A DNA stretch of 64,000 nucleotides, taken from the human T2T-CHM13v2.0 reference genome, Homo sapiens. Made by a program: the position numbers and the translations under genes. The stretch lies in the NCBI RefSeq assembly GCF_009914755.1, contig NC_060932.1; one strand, given 5' to 3'. The notes under the pieces are model-generated. The model was not told the origin of the DNA, made no database searches, and saw only the letters and a list, made by a program, of their open reading frames with translations. Positions 27,980-42,935 of this stretch are shown piece by piece; the first letter of the stretch is position 1; each line of letters begins with the position of its first letter.

Positions 27980-28739
27980 GATATACTGGCCTGTGGAGGT
28001 TGACATAGCAAGATACCACAGACTGGGTGGCTTAGGAAAAACAAACTTACTTTCTCATAGTCTTAGAGGCTGCAGGTCCAAAATCAAAGTACCGTCAGGG
28101 TTTCCAGTGAGGCCCCTGTATGAGTCTGTTCTCACACCACTAATAAAGACATATCCAAGACTGGGTAATATATAAAGGAAAGAGGTTTAATTGACTCACA
28201 GTTCCACATGGCTAGTGAGGCCTCACAATCATGGTGTAAGGCAAAGGAGGAGGAGTAGTCACATGTTACATGGTGGCAGGCAAGAGAGCATGTGCAGGAG
28301 AACTGCCCTCCATAAAACCATCAGATCTCATGAGACCCATTCACTGTCATGAGAACAGCAGTATTGGCGTAACTGCCCCCATGATTCAACTACCTCCCAC
28401 CAGGTCCCACCACCACACGTGGGGACCATGGGAACCACAATTCAAGACAAGATTTGGGTGGGGACAGAGCCAAACCACATCAGTCCCTGTCCTTGGCTTG
28501 TAGACAGCTGCCTTCTCTGTGTCCTCACATGGCCTTTCCTGTGTGCTTATACGAAAGAGAGAAAGAGATAGTGATGTCTGTTTATTTTCTTATAAGGACA
28601 CCAGTCCTATCTGATTAGGGCCCCACATCCGTGACCCCATTAGCTCGAATTACCTCCTTAAAGGTTCTATCTCCAAATAAAATCACATTGGGGATTAGGG
28701 CTACAACATATAAATTTGGGGGGGACACAGCCTATAACA
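27980..28739 (-). mobile_element. MaLR solo LTR (MLT1B-like) interrupted by THE1
   Basis: CCACAGACTGGGTGGCTTA...; TTATAAGGACACCAGTCC...GGGGACAC. Confidence 0.85.
28117..28482 (-). mobile_element. MaLR solo LTR (THE1-family)
   Basis: CTAATAAAGACATATCCAAGACTGGG...GCCAAACCACATCA; TSD GCCCC/GTCCC. Confidence 0.93.
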
Positions 28740-29179
28740 ATTGTGAGCAGGACTTTCATGGAAGCATATACTTTGAAATTACATGTGTTGGGACAATTCA
28801 TCCAAAAGTGTGATTTCTTCCACACAGTTGAAAAAGAAAGAAAGATTAAAAAAAAATCCAATAGCAATTATTTGAAAATTGGACTTTAATGGACCAATGT
28901 TCCATGTGCTCCTGCGTCCCAGTGGATTGAAAGTTGTGAGATTTTTCTAAAGAGCAGCATAAAGCCATCAAGGCCCTCACATCATTTTCAAAGAAAGTAT
29001 AGTCATCTCCCTGATAAACCAGGTTTATTTTTCAGGAAGAAAAAGTGCAAAATAATGTTCTCCATCGAAAACTAGTTTTTTGTCTAAAAAAGGCAGAGAA
29101 GAAACCAAAATCTAAATACATTTACAGGATTTAAAGGTACTGTCTAGCGGGAAGAAGTAACCATTTAGAAATCCAGTCT

Positions 29180-29570
29180 TCTCTATCAAGCACCTATTGT
29201 GTTCCAGGCACTGGAAACACAGCTGTGGACGCAATGCAGCCCCAACTTTGGGGATCTTATTTTCTAGTGGGAAAACATAGTAAACAAGCCAACAAAGTCA
29301 CTACTGATTGCAATGAATGATGGGGAGCAATTAAACAGGGTGATGGGAATGAGAGTGACCAAGGGGCACCACTTTAGAAAAAGCCTCTCTGGAGGGGTGA
29401 CATTTGAGGACAGATCTAAATATGCAAAAGAGCCAGGCATGCAAACAGAACTAAGGAGAGATGAGTGCAAACACACAGGGATGAGCAGGTCCCAGGATGG
29501 CTAGTCCAGAAAGGCCAGTGTGGCTGGGGACCCGAGGTGAGGGCTGATCTGGGAAGAGCTTTTCTTTTCT
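29180..29570 (-). mobile_element. L2 LINE 3' fragment
   Basis: AGCACCTATTGTGTTCCAGGCACTG...GGTGACATTTGAG...AGGCCAGTGTGGCTGG. Confidence 0.75.
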
Positions 29571-30731
29571 CACTGGAGCAAATGTGATGACATATTATGG
29601 AGCATCTTTAGAAGTCACATTCCAACACTATAATCGAACATGGAAAAAGAATACTTTTAGGCCCAAATGCAGCTCAGACATGAATTAGGGATTCACTCCC
29701 TGCAACCTTGAAAGCTCAAACATTCAGTGTGCCTCTGAGAGCAATAGATACTCATCGATTTAGTGTCTCAAGTGTCTGAACGTTTTCTTGAGTAAGAAAA
29801 TGCTCTATAATTTCCGGGGCCATATTTGATAAAATATCCAAAACTGTATTACAGAGCCACCAAACAATTGCTCTCATTCCTGACAACCTATAATTGAGAG
29901 TAAAGATTTTTCATTCGATAGAAAGAAAAGAGCCTGGACACTTGCGGAATCTCACCTAGCACTCCAACTTTGCACCTGTGAGCCTGGTAACAGATACTGC
30001 AGGGAGAAACTGCAATCATGATCACCCTTTCAATAATAACTTGTTTAAAATAATAAGAAGAAATAAAAACAACTTGTTCAAAATATTATTTTATTTTTGT
30101 TACTTAAAAATGGTGGTGATTCTTTCTTGTGAACTTACAGACCTGATAGTTTGGGAAACACCATTCTAAATCTAAGCATGATTTTCAATTAATTAGAAAA
30201 TACCCTCTTTATTTTTTCCCATCTCATATATGCTAATTGGAGTATCTTCAAGTTATGAGAAATTATGTTTCATATCACACCTTTATCACTTGTCAAAGAT
30301 CAAACAGCGTTAATGAAGTGAACGATGCCACATTTTTGTAAGGAAACTGATACACTCTATGGTGTCTTAGAGGTGTTTGGTCCAAAAATAAAAGGTCAGA
30401 GAAAAAAGAAAAGGCCCTTGAAGAAGAGATTTGATGAGTGTTGAATACAGGTACCACCTTTCAAACCAAACACTTTCACACTTGCAAAAAGTTTCGAAAC
30501 ACACACAGTAGCTACTTGTGCTAACATAAACAGAGTAGCATCTTTTGAAATTTCTGATAAAACACAAACAGAGATGGAGGGATAAGAAGAGAACAATGGC
30601 TGTTCACCTACAAATAAAACTAAAGTCAAGACAGACAATGTATAAAGGGCACATTTGCTTTAAGGACTCAAGAGTGTCCCAGAGAACCCAGTGGAAGAGA
30701 TTCAGCCATGACACAGGAATGCACAGGAACC

Positions 30732-30800
30732 AGCAGGACTGCTATGTACAGTTGTGGAGATTGTGCACTGCACAAGTGTACCTGGCCAAGGAAGCAACTG
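30732..30800. mobile_element. MER91-like hAT fragment
   Basis: CAGTTGTGGAGATTGTGCACTGCACAAG. Confidence 0.5.
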
Positions 30801-30894
30801 GAGCCCAGAAAGTCGTTGGGGAACGACTAAAAACCCACCTACAATCCTTTCTCCAAACCATGCACTCCTGCACGCAGCTATGTTCACTTAAGTT

Positions 30895-31102
30895 AGCGGA
30901 TCTCACAGGGAGCAATTTTGCCTTCCAGGAGGCACTTGGCAATACCTGAACACATTTTTGATTGTCACAATTTGATATACATTCTACTGGCACCTAGTGA
31001 GTAACGGCCAGGAATGCTACTATAAACATTCTACACAGGACAGCCCACCAAAGCAGAATTATCTGGCCCAAATGTCCACAGTGCTGAGGTGGAGAATCTC
31101 CA
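30895..31102. mobile_element. MER20 DNA transposon (hAT-Charlie)
   Basis: ATTTTGCC...TTGTCACAA...GGCCAGGAATGCTA...GAATTATCTGGCCCAAATGTC...GTGCTGAGGT. Confidence 0.85.
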
Positions 31103-31264
31103 ACTTAAAGATGACATTTTCTAATTCATATCAAGATGCAGCCCAGTGGGAAAGCCATGGACCCATAGGGATGCAGCTGTCCAGTGGGAAAAACTTGTTC
31201 TGATTCACACAAAGAGCCTTGTGGGAACCAGGAACTCTAAATCCACTGTCTGGTATCTCAGCCC

Positions 31265-31435
31265 TGTCTCCTCTGTTTCTCTCTCTCCCTCCCTCTTTCT
31301 CTCTCTCCCCCTTTCCCTCCCTTCCTCTCCCTTACCCTCTCCTTCTCTCTTTTTCACTCCCTCTCCCCCTTCTTATCTCTGTCTCTCTCTGTCTCATTCT
31401 CTTTCCCTTTCTCTAACTCTCTGTGTCTGCCTTCC
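31265..31435 (+). repeat. CT-rich polypyrimidine tract
   Basis: About 170 bp almost entirely C/T. Confidence 0.9.
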
Positions 31436-31623
31436 CTGACATATCCAGAAATAGGCAGGCATTCATCCCTGATTTGAGATGATGGAGCCACATTTTACAC
31501 ATGACTCTAGTGACCCTTTCCTCTCTTCCTACTGTGAAAGGTAGAACAGGCTTCAGAGGTCACTTGAGCTGAGCAAAGGAGCCAACATGTACCCACCGGA
31601 ACACCCTTCATTCCTCGTCCTTC

Positions 31624-33010
31624 TGTGTCCGGAATTGGTGGGTTCTTGGTCTCACTGACTTCAACAATGAAGCTGCAGACCTTCACGGTGAGTGTTACAG
31701 CTCTTAAGATGGCACGTCTGGAGTTTCTTCCTTCTGATGTTCGGATGTGTTAGGAGTTTCTTTCTTCTGGTGGGTTCGTGGTCTCGCTGGCTCAGCAGTG
31801 AAGCTGCAGACCTTCGTGGTGAGTATTACAGCTCTTAAGGCGGCGCATCTGGAGTTGTTCGTTCCTCCCGGTGGGTTCGTGGTCTCGCTGGCTTCAGGAG
31901 TGAAGCTGCAGACCTTCACGGTGAGTGTTACAGCTCATAAAGGCAGTGTGGACCCTAAGAGTGAGCAGCAGCAAGATTTATTGCAAAGAGCAAAAGAACA
32001 AAGCTTCCACATTGTGGAAGGGGACCCGAGCGGGTTGCCACTGCTGGCTCCGACGGCCCGCTTTTATTCTCTTATCTGGCCCCACCCACATCCTGCTGAT
32101 TGGTAGAGCTGAGTGGTCTGTTTTGACAGGGCACTGATTGGTGCGTTTACAATCCCTGAGCTAGACACAAAGGTTCTCCAGGTCCCCACCCGATTAGCTA
32201 GATACAGAGTGTGGACACAAAGGTTCTCCAAGTCCCCACCCTAGTAGCTAGATACAGAGTGTCGATTGGTGCATTCACAAACCCTGAGCTAGACACAGGA
32301 TGCTGATTGGTGTGTTTAAAAACCTTGAGCTAGATACTGAGTGCCGATTGGTGTATTTACAATCCCTTAGCTAGAAAGAAAGGTTCTCCAAGTCCCCACC
32401 AGACTTAGGAGCCCAGCTGGCTTCACCCGGTGGATCCCACACGGAGGCTGCAGGTGGAGCTGCCTGCCAGTCCTGCCCCATGCGCCCGCACTCCTCAGCC
32501 CTTGGGCGGTTGATGTGACTGGGCGCCCTGGAGCAGGTGGTGGCACTCTCAGGGGAGGCTGGGGCCGCACAGGAGCCCACAGAGGCTGGGGGAGGCTCAG
32601 GCATGGCGGGCTGCAGGTCCTGAGCCCTGCCCCGCATGAAGGCAGCTAAGGCCCGGGGAGGAATTGAGCACAACAGCTGCTGGCCCAGGTGCTAAGCCCC
32701 TCACCGCCTGAGGCCGGTGGGGCCAGCCGGCTGCTCCAAGTGCTGGGTCCGCGGAGCCCACGCTCACCCGGAACTCGCACGGGCCCGCAAGCACCGGGTG
32801 CAACCCCTGTTCCCGCCCGCGCCTCTCCCTCCACACCTCCCCACAAGCTGAGGGGGCCAGCTCTGGCCTTGGCCAGCCCAGAAAGGGGCTCCCACAGTGC
32901 AGCGGCGGGCTGAAGGGCTCCCCAAGTGCCGCCAAAGTGGGAGCCGAGGCAGAGGAAGCGCCTAGAGTGAGCGAGGGCTGTGAGGGCTGCCAGCACGCTG
33001 TCACGTCTCA
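31624..33010 (-). mobile_element. ERV9 solo LTR (LTR12C-like), full length
   Basis: Minus strand starts TGAGACGTGACAGCGTGCTGGCAG and ends CCACCAATTCCGGACACA; internal tandem subrepeats; 4-bp TSD CTTC. Confidence 0.96.
32062..32351 (-). promoter_or_regulatory. LTR12 core promoter/enhancer: five CCAAT (NF-Y) boxes and AATAAA-type TATA element
   Basis: ATTGG at 32099, 32137, 32265, 32306 and 32347; TTTTATT at 32062-32068; matches known ERV9 LTR architecture, activity not shown. Confidence 0.6.
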
Positions 33011-33831
33011 CTTCCACTTATGGAAAAGTTGCTGATCCCCAGTTACATGTTGAGCACTCTGCTGGGGAAGGAGAATCAAAACATGATCCCCACACTCTAG
33101 ACATGGGAACCTTTGAAGGGACGCTGACATGTAGCCAAATACAGGCACATCATATGGTTGCTGTGATGCTCTTTGTCATAGTCTGAGCAGAGAAAAAGAA
33201 GCAGAGAGAAAAGAGAGAAAGAACAAGCTGTAACTGTTTGTTGATAAACAGAATAATCTCTGGAAGGAGACATAACTGATCATTTCCACTGAAAAGACAC
33301 ACATAGTAATATTGAGTGGGCGTAATATCATTTTTCATCTTTTTATGTTGGGAACATAAAACTGGATTAAACTCAGAATCAAGTGTCATAGGACAAAAAG
33401 CAATGTTCACATCAAGTTCTTATCTGTATATTGCAACATCTTTGAAATTCTAAAGAAAAATATACTGAGAAAAGTATAAGCAGGAAACATCACACTCTAA
33501 GACAAATAAAGTATGCATAATTGTGATTAATTTCAGTTACACTAAAGAGAAAGCACTCAGAGGTACTTAGGCATCGCCATTTCTTTATCATCTGTTTCAA
33601 ATAAAAGTTTGGCTTTATGTTTATATATAAATGCAAATTATCCATATTTAATAATAGATCTTTACTCTATATGGACATATTATAGAACATCAAGAGTGTT
33701 CTAAATGTTGCCTATTCATTATGTTTCTTTATACACAATCACCTAACAGCAGCATTGGGAATGACAAGTATGAAGCCTGGAGGGAGAAAAAAAAAAAAAA
33801 AAAAAAAAACATCCGCCCATACTCAGCCACC

Positions 33832-34228
33832 TGGTGCTCCAGACTGGGTTTCCAGAAAGCCCACTCTGAGCCTATTGATGTGCAGCGTGTTTATTAAGGA
33901 GGAAGAGAAGAAAGGAGGCAGAAGTGGGCACAGCAGAAGTTGAACTGGGAGGCAGACCCCAAATAGCCTTGTTAACCACTGGGAGCTTAGCCCTTGGATG
34001 GGCACTGCAGAGCCATCCAGAGTAGGGCCAGAAGCTGGGGGCTCACCCTCCTGCATCCATCAGCCAGGGGCCATCTGAGAGGGCAGAACTGGGGTCAGGT
34101 GCCTCTCTGCAGCTGCAGTGACCTCTGAAGGGGCAGAGAGCAGGAGACTGTGCACGGCTGCCCCCAAAACTGTGGCAAGGAGGCCTTTACTGAAGGGATT
34201 ATTGCAGCGTCCAACACACCTGCCACAC
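33832..34228 (-). mobile_element. ERVL solo LTR (LTR16A-like)
   Basis: ACTCTGAG...GTTTATTAAGGAG...GAAGTTGAACTG...CTCTCTGCAGCTG...CTGAAGGG. Confidence 0.7.
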
Positions 34229-34429
34229 CTGACAATGGACCAACATGCAAACCTGACACCTTTAAAGGACTGAAATCACTGACTGGTGTAATGATGGTGC
34301 TTTCATATCCATGTCTTTGTTCATTCAACCAGCATTTATTAAGTATCGACTAAGTGCTGGGTACTGTGTTAGGCACGGTTGTCCATGAGGGAGACTGATT
34401 CGGTGGCCATCTTGTCCATACCCTCCTAC

Positions 34430-34750
34430 TGTTTTAGTTCTGGCCACTATCCCCGAAAACTTCAGTGGCTTAAACAACAAATAGTTATTTCTTAAGATTC
34501 AGAAGACTGGACAGTCCTAGATCAGGGTGCTGGCAGATCTGACAGCCACCTTCCCACTGTATCCTTGTGTGGCAGAGAGGGAGGCATGATCTCCTAGCTC
34601 CTCTTATAAGGGCACTAATCCCACTCATGAGAGCTGCACCCTCCTGACCTACTCATCTCCCAAAGGCCCCACCTTTTACTACCTCTCCATTGAGGGTTAG
34701 AATTTCAACAGATGAAATTTGGGGGGGACGTAAACATACAGTCCATAATA
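34430..34750 (-). mobile_element. MaLR solo LTR (MLT1A-like)
   Basis: GTGGCTTAAACAAC...CTCTTATAAGGGCACTAATCCCA...CCCAAAGGCCCCACC. Confidence 0.85.
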
Positions 34751-35352
34751 CCCGCCCACCTGACCCATACCCAAAGAAATGCCAGTGCTTTCTGCTTAAA
34801 ATACTCCAGTAGCATGGTTCATATTAAAGCTTAATCAAGAACAAAATATCCAGCTATAAAATTAAAAACTAAATAAGAGTCAGAAGAGGAAGTAACAGGG
34901 AAAAAGGAATGAAAAAAGTTACTCCATCACAGGAAAAGATGGTAGAGTGAGGTAAATTGAATGAACAAGACCTTTGCCTTCTGTCATATCTGGGTCCAAA
35001 TTTCAACTTGTCTATATATAAGCAATGTCACCTAAACTTCTCTTGAGTTTTTCGTTGTGAAATGAATGCCTGCATTGTGTGAGTTTTGGCAGGATTACAT
35101 AAGATCTGTGCAGAGGAGGGAGACTGGGTCCTGAGCAGTCATGGGGCCACAGTGACCACAGCATCTTCCTCGGATTCATCACCAGCTTCTCCAGCACCAT
35201 TACCAAAGCACCACTGCAATAGGCCAGGCAGCAGATGCCCTCCTGCAGGTGACATGCAGATGGTAAGTCCGTGTGAGTTACAGCATGTGTTTAGTGACAC
35301 TGCTTATCGAGGTCCCACAACTATGTTTCTGCTCCATAAAAGATCCTTCTCA

Positions 35353-35799
<447 letters not shown>

Positions 35800-36742
35800 T
35801 CAAACATGGACGGAATTGAGGCCTCCTCGATAAGAAGCATCTAGAACTGTGGCCTTACAGAGTGTATTCAAAGGAGGTGAACCCTCCTTTGAAATCGACT
35901 GAGAAAAACACTTGCTTAAAATCCCAACATTGCAATATAGCAACTGCTTGGAAGTTTCTGCCAACTCTATTAAGTGCCTTGAAAACAAGAAGCAGAAGCA
36001 GCACAGAGCAGCACAGAAAACAGAAATAAGCCCAGCAGGTTTCAAGGAGGAAGGTAGTATCCTTCCCCATAGATGCCCTTAGTCAACGGCATTGATGTGG
36101 AGAGGCTGAATGCAGAGGGAGATACCAGCTTCCCGGCGCGTGGTCATCAGGCTGGTGTGTGCGTGTGGGAGAATGTGTATGTGATTGTTACTCTAAATTC
36201 ACTTCCCACAGCACAGTTTCAGTCATTTGCTTATATTCCTTATCTCTATGAATATCCAAATTCTTTAAAACCCTCCAGAGTGTTCCAGGGTGAAGTCTAA
36301 GCCAAGGACTACAGTTGTGTGTCTTTGTGCTGAGAAGCCAGATAAGAAGAAGCTTGTACCCACTACAGGGATGCTGCCTTCTTTTCGACACCGTTAAAAT
36401 ATTATGTCCCATTTGTCTTCCCAGTCACCACATGCGGAGGCCTCATCATCCCTTCCCACAAGAAGACGAGGTGATGGGGAGGTGGAGCAGCAGCTAAAGG
36501 TCCCCAGCTGTGCCGAGCCCGGGTGGCCTCCACCACTGCCTGGCTCAAAGCCTATTCCCTCCTCATTTTCCCCACCTCTTTGGCTGTGATTTCCTGCTAA
36601 GAAAACGTATTCCATGAAAAGTTCTGGTTCATTCAGTGAACCTCTTCACACGGCTCCTGAGAAGCGCGACTGATCATCTCTCCCACGCCAGCAGACTTCC
36701 TGTTCCCTGCCTCTCACTGCCGATAGGATGCTCTAAGAATGA

Positions 36743-37063
<321 letters not shown>

Positions 37064-37215
37064 TGAACTCTCCACGCCAAAATCCTGGGCGTCAGACAGA
37101 ATCAGGGGCTTTACAGGACAAAGCCTAGTTATCCATCTGATAAATGATGTTGCAGCCACAAACAACACACAATTTGCTTTTCTGTGCGCAAACCAAAATC
37201 TTCGTTTAAACACTG

Positions 37216-37843
<628 letters not shown>

Positions 37844-38546
37844 CAGATTGCTCCCTTTGCTGATAGAAAGGAAATAGTGATTTCTACAAAAGCCTTAGAG
37901 AAACACCTAGGAGAATTCAGCTGTTAAAAGCACAAATTGGGACTCAAAAGAATTTAACAGTTTTACACCCCACCACAACCATAGAGGTAAAGGTTAATGA
38001 TGCGAAGAAATTAGGTGTGAGTAGGACATTGTGGTGTCATGGTGTGAAGCCTGAACCACTCTTTAAAAGGGACACAACTCCAGAGCCAGATTTTTTTCAA
38101 GTATTGCTCTGCCGTGGAGGAACAGAACGTTAACATAAAATTTCCATTACAAAAGTCCAGGTTTCACTGTGGTTCAGATCCTAGACTTTGAAGACACACA
38201 GCTCATTAGGCATTTCAATCATGCTCAACAGTTCCTTGCATTGAACTCTTCTCAGCACATCAATTTTTTCTCTAATTATATTGATTTTAGCAAATTGCAG
38301 TGTCCGTCTGAGCTGATTTTCAAATATGACAGCAAAAGCTTTCAATGAAAGAGAAATACAAATGCATTGTGTAGCACTGAGCTGCATTATCCCCTCAAAC
38401 TTCACAGAAGAAACACAGGCATTTGAAGGCAAGTAGAAACTGCCTGATGAAATGATGGCATTCTGAAAAATAAACAGCCACTTCAATTCCAGGCAATCAT
38501 GGTTATACCTCTTAGGTGATCATTATTTTTCTTGCCTGATAACTAA

Positions 38547-38939
<393 letters not shown>

Positions 38940-39206
38940 TGACAAATCTAACAGTAAGTGACATTTTAAAATCAAACTATTGAGGGTTTTCATTGGCCAC
39001 AGAGACGAGCACCCTATGCTCTCTTCTGAAAATCCAGCTTCCCTTCCCAAAAGCAGAGCACATTTCCGTCTGTGCTGTGCTGCCTCTCCTGAAGACCACA
39101 TGTGCTCCCAGCACTTTGCTTTAGATGAACTGGAACTCTCTCTCCAGCCAAGACCTCGCTCTTGAGCAGCAGTTCCTGCAGTCAGCATCCCACAGCCACC
39201 CCCATG

Positions 39207-39345
39207 TCATTTGTTCATGCACTCATGTATTCATTTATTTTAAAATATTTAACAAATATTGACTATCAAATATTTGCCTGGCACTGTGCTGGGAGCTTGA
39301 TGACAAAGTGAACAGAATAAGCATAGTCCCCTGACCTGGGGCACC
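39207..39345 (-). mobile_element. L2 3' end
   Basis: TCATTTGTTCAT...AACAAATATT...GGCACTGTGCTGGG. Confidence 0.7.
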
Positions 39346-39815
39346 ATGTTTCCTCCCTGGCCCATTTCCATCCATGATACCCGCATTCTCTGGGTCACAC
39401 CGAGGAGACATTGGGCCTGCACGTTGGCCTCCTCCCTTCCCCATCTGCTGCCTCCACCGTGGGAGCCCGGTGGCCTTTCACGAGGTGAACGCAGCAGCTT
39501 CCTTGCAACTTTCCCATTTCTCATCTTCTTCCACTGAACTAATGTCAGACTGAGTGTTGTAAAATGAGGAAATCGTCACAGGTAAGCTGGGGAGGTACAT
39601 GACCTGGCTCTCCCATTGACTGCCACCTGTACACGATTCCAGGAACCTCTTTGACTCTCCTCCTCCGTGTTGGGTGAAAGTGGGCCATTTTACACCTGGT
39701 GGGAGGGGACACGAACACTCCAACAGTCCCCTGAATAAGCCTTGTTTGTCCGGCTCAAGACAGCCGAGGCAGGCCCTCCACTGCAGCAGATGGTCACGCC
39801 TGCAGCTAGCAGTCA

Positions 39816-40466
<651 letters not shown>

Positions 40467-40754
40467 TCATTCTCCCTGTCTCATGAGGAGTGCATCCTAT
40501 ATCATGCCCAATTCTGATTCTTCATCCCATAAGGCTCCTGAGAGTTTCAGCAAGTGCCTGAGTCTGTAATGGTCACACCAGGATCAGCACCCATTAATCT
40601 TGGTTCTATGCTGACGTAAAAAGCTGAGGATGTTATTCCTGAGAACTAACCAAGCACTTCAGGATCAGACATGAAAACTCTCCATTTATTTTCTCACACC
40701 TCACTTCTGCTTGGACTGGGTATGGAGATGCTTCCTCCCAGAGGACAGTGGGCT

Positions 40755-41138
40755 GTGTATCAGTCAGTACAGGCTAAGTTCGTTCAGGAACAAACAATCC
40801 CAAACTCTCAGGGGGCTCAGACAACAAGTCTTGTGTTTTCCTCTGACCACATCCCCATCTAGGGTAGGAATAGGGGCTGAAAGGGCTTTTCTTTCCTGAT
40901 CCTTGTTTCTAGACCTAGGCTAACGCAGTCCCTGCTTTCTGGAAAATCACGTTTCTGAGTCAGAGGAAAGAGAATAGGAGGAGGTTTACTAACAAGCTTC
41001 CTCTAAAAGCAAAGTCACATCTGATTGGTTGAACCCAGTCCCATGCCCACCCCCTACTTCAAAGGTAGGCGAGGAGGGAATTCTACAAAGAGCCAGTGAG
41101 GATCGTAAGGTACGATAGTCATTACCGTAACCACCACG
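40755..41138 (-). mobile_element. Old MaLR LTR (MLT1J/K/L-like)
   Basis: TGTATCAGTCAG...AACAAACAATCCCAAACTCTCAG...ATTGG...AGTCCCATGCCCACCCCTACTTCAAAG. Confidence 0.65.
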
Positions 41139-41361
41139 GACTTCCGCTGAGCGCCCGTCTCCGCGAAAGTACTGACCCTGGACCCCCAGTTGCCTGGGTC
41201 CACCTGTCGAACCAAACACAAGCCTCTTTTAGGTCTCTTTCACTCATCTGAGCAGGACTTGGCTACCCAGAAACGCCACCTAACACCCGCAGCTTCGCCC
41301 CATCATCTGTGACTACCTACTGTGCCCGTGAGACTGTCCAGTCTATAGACTGCCGCTCAGA

Positions 41362-41630
41362 GAAGGTAGGCTAGTAACTAAGATCCCAGACCCTGGAAGG
41401 AGAGCCCCTGAGTTTGAATCCTACTTTACCATTTACCAGCTTGCAGACTTAACCTGCAGGCCTCAGCCTTCTCCACTAGGAAGTAGTGTTTGTAACAATA
41501 CCTGCCTGATTGTGCTGCTATTGCACTGTCTTAAGGGATAAATAAATAAATAGGCCTATACTGAGACCAGCCGGGCTCACAGTAAGCACTATATTACTAT
41601 AATAATAATATATATTATTAAATTATTATC
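41362..41630 (+). mobile_element. MIR SINE
   Basis: CCTGAGTTTGAATCCT...TTACCAGC...GCCTCAG...CACAGTAAGCACT plus (ATT)n tail. Confidence 0.75.
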
Positions 41631-42689
41631 ATTGTTACCAGGTTAGTCCATAATGTTGTTTATTGGCTTTTGTTGAATTAAGCCCCAGAAGCTTGTTCTT
41701 TGTAACCCATACTTAAGCAGTGGACAGAAAGGTAATCACCTACTGTCTAGTTCTCCTGAAAATTAGATACAAACCTAGGATAAAACACAAATTTTTTAGC
41801 ATCTACTATATGCCAACCATGTGGCTTCATTAGAAAGCTCTCTGGAGAAGCTTTATCCTACAGAAATGTGCATCTATTTCCATGGTGCATTTAAAAGCTT
41901 CTAACCTTCAAATACATAAAGTAGGATAAATTCAGACAACGTAACGGTCCTATTCGATTCCATTCAAACCTAATGTGTAGAGGCAGATCTAAAGTACAGG
42001 GGGCAGAATTTCAGGATAAACTGAGAATTGCATAACAAAATATTCCTTCATTCTAAAGACTATGTAGGCCAACCAAATGTGTACTTTTGTGCAAGAATTT
42101 GTTTGGATTATGGCCAATAATTCTACAGTGATGAATTTCTAAATAAGTTTAAGATACCAATCTCATGTCGTGTCTTCCTAATAATTACGAAGCCCATCAA
42201 TATCTTCTACTCTGCAGAGCTTCACTCCAAACTCCAGGAGAAACATCAGTCAAAGATACCGGTATACCCGACCTTTTTAAGGGGGGAAGACAGTGCGAAT
42301 GTGAGAGGTGTTTCTTCCTCAGAGTAAGAAGCCATCAGAAGTTATGCTTCCACACAGCAGAGCTGTTTAATCGTTCACACTTGGAAAAGACACCGATACA
42401 TAGGGTGGGCAGGATGGCTGCAGAAACCCCACAGAGCAGGAATTGGGAGCCACAGTCTGAGCTGAAGAAAGGGCAGAAGGCCTGTCTTACTGTTGCTTGC
42501 ACAATGATATTCGCCCAATATTGAGAAAGTGTCCATTGTTCATATTAAAAATGGGGAAGGGGGTTGATACAGACCGCACCTCCCACCCCAAGCACGCTCC
42601 ATCTGCCACTGGAAGGATGGGAGCTTCATAAAGCTCTAGAGGACGAGGCAGAGCCTGGGAAACAGACTGCCAGGCCCACCCCACTCAGC

Positions 42690-42935
42690 AACTTTGATCA
42701 TGTTTCAAACTTAGAGAAAATTAGCAAAAATATAAGCGTAATATTGTATTGTGTCCCATTCACTTTATCAGTGTCTCTCTCTATTTTTCCCACACCATTC
42801 ATGAGTAAGTTGGAGACGTCAAGACACTCTATCCCTGAAGATTTCCATGTATTTTCTCAGAACAGGGACACTGTCTTATATAACCATGGCACAACCATCA
42901 AAGTCAGGAAACTGTATACTAATATAAAACTATGA
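42690..42935 (-). mobile_element. L1MC/MD-like 3' UTR fragment
   Basis: TTTCAAACTTAGAGAAAA...GAGTAAGTTG...AGAACAGGGACA...ATCAAAGTCAGGAAA. Confidence 0.6.

Noticed and set aside
31680-32400. Regularly spaced direct repeats resembling a CRISPR-like array
   Set aside because: These are the known internal tandem subrepeats of the LTR12/ERV9 LTR; there are no unique spacers or cas genes.
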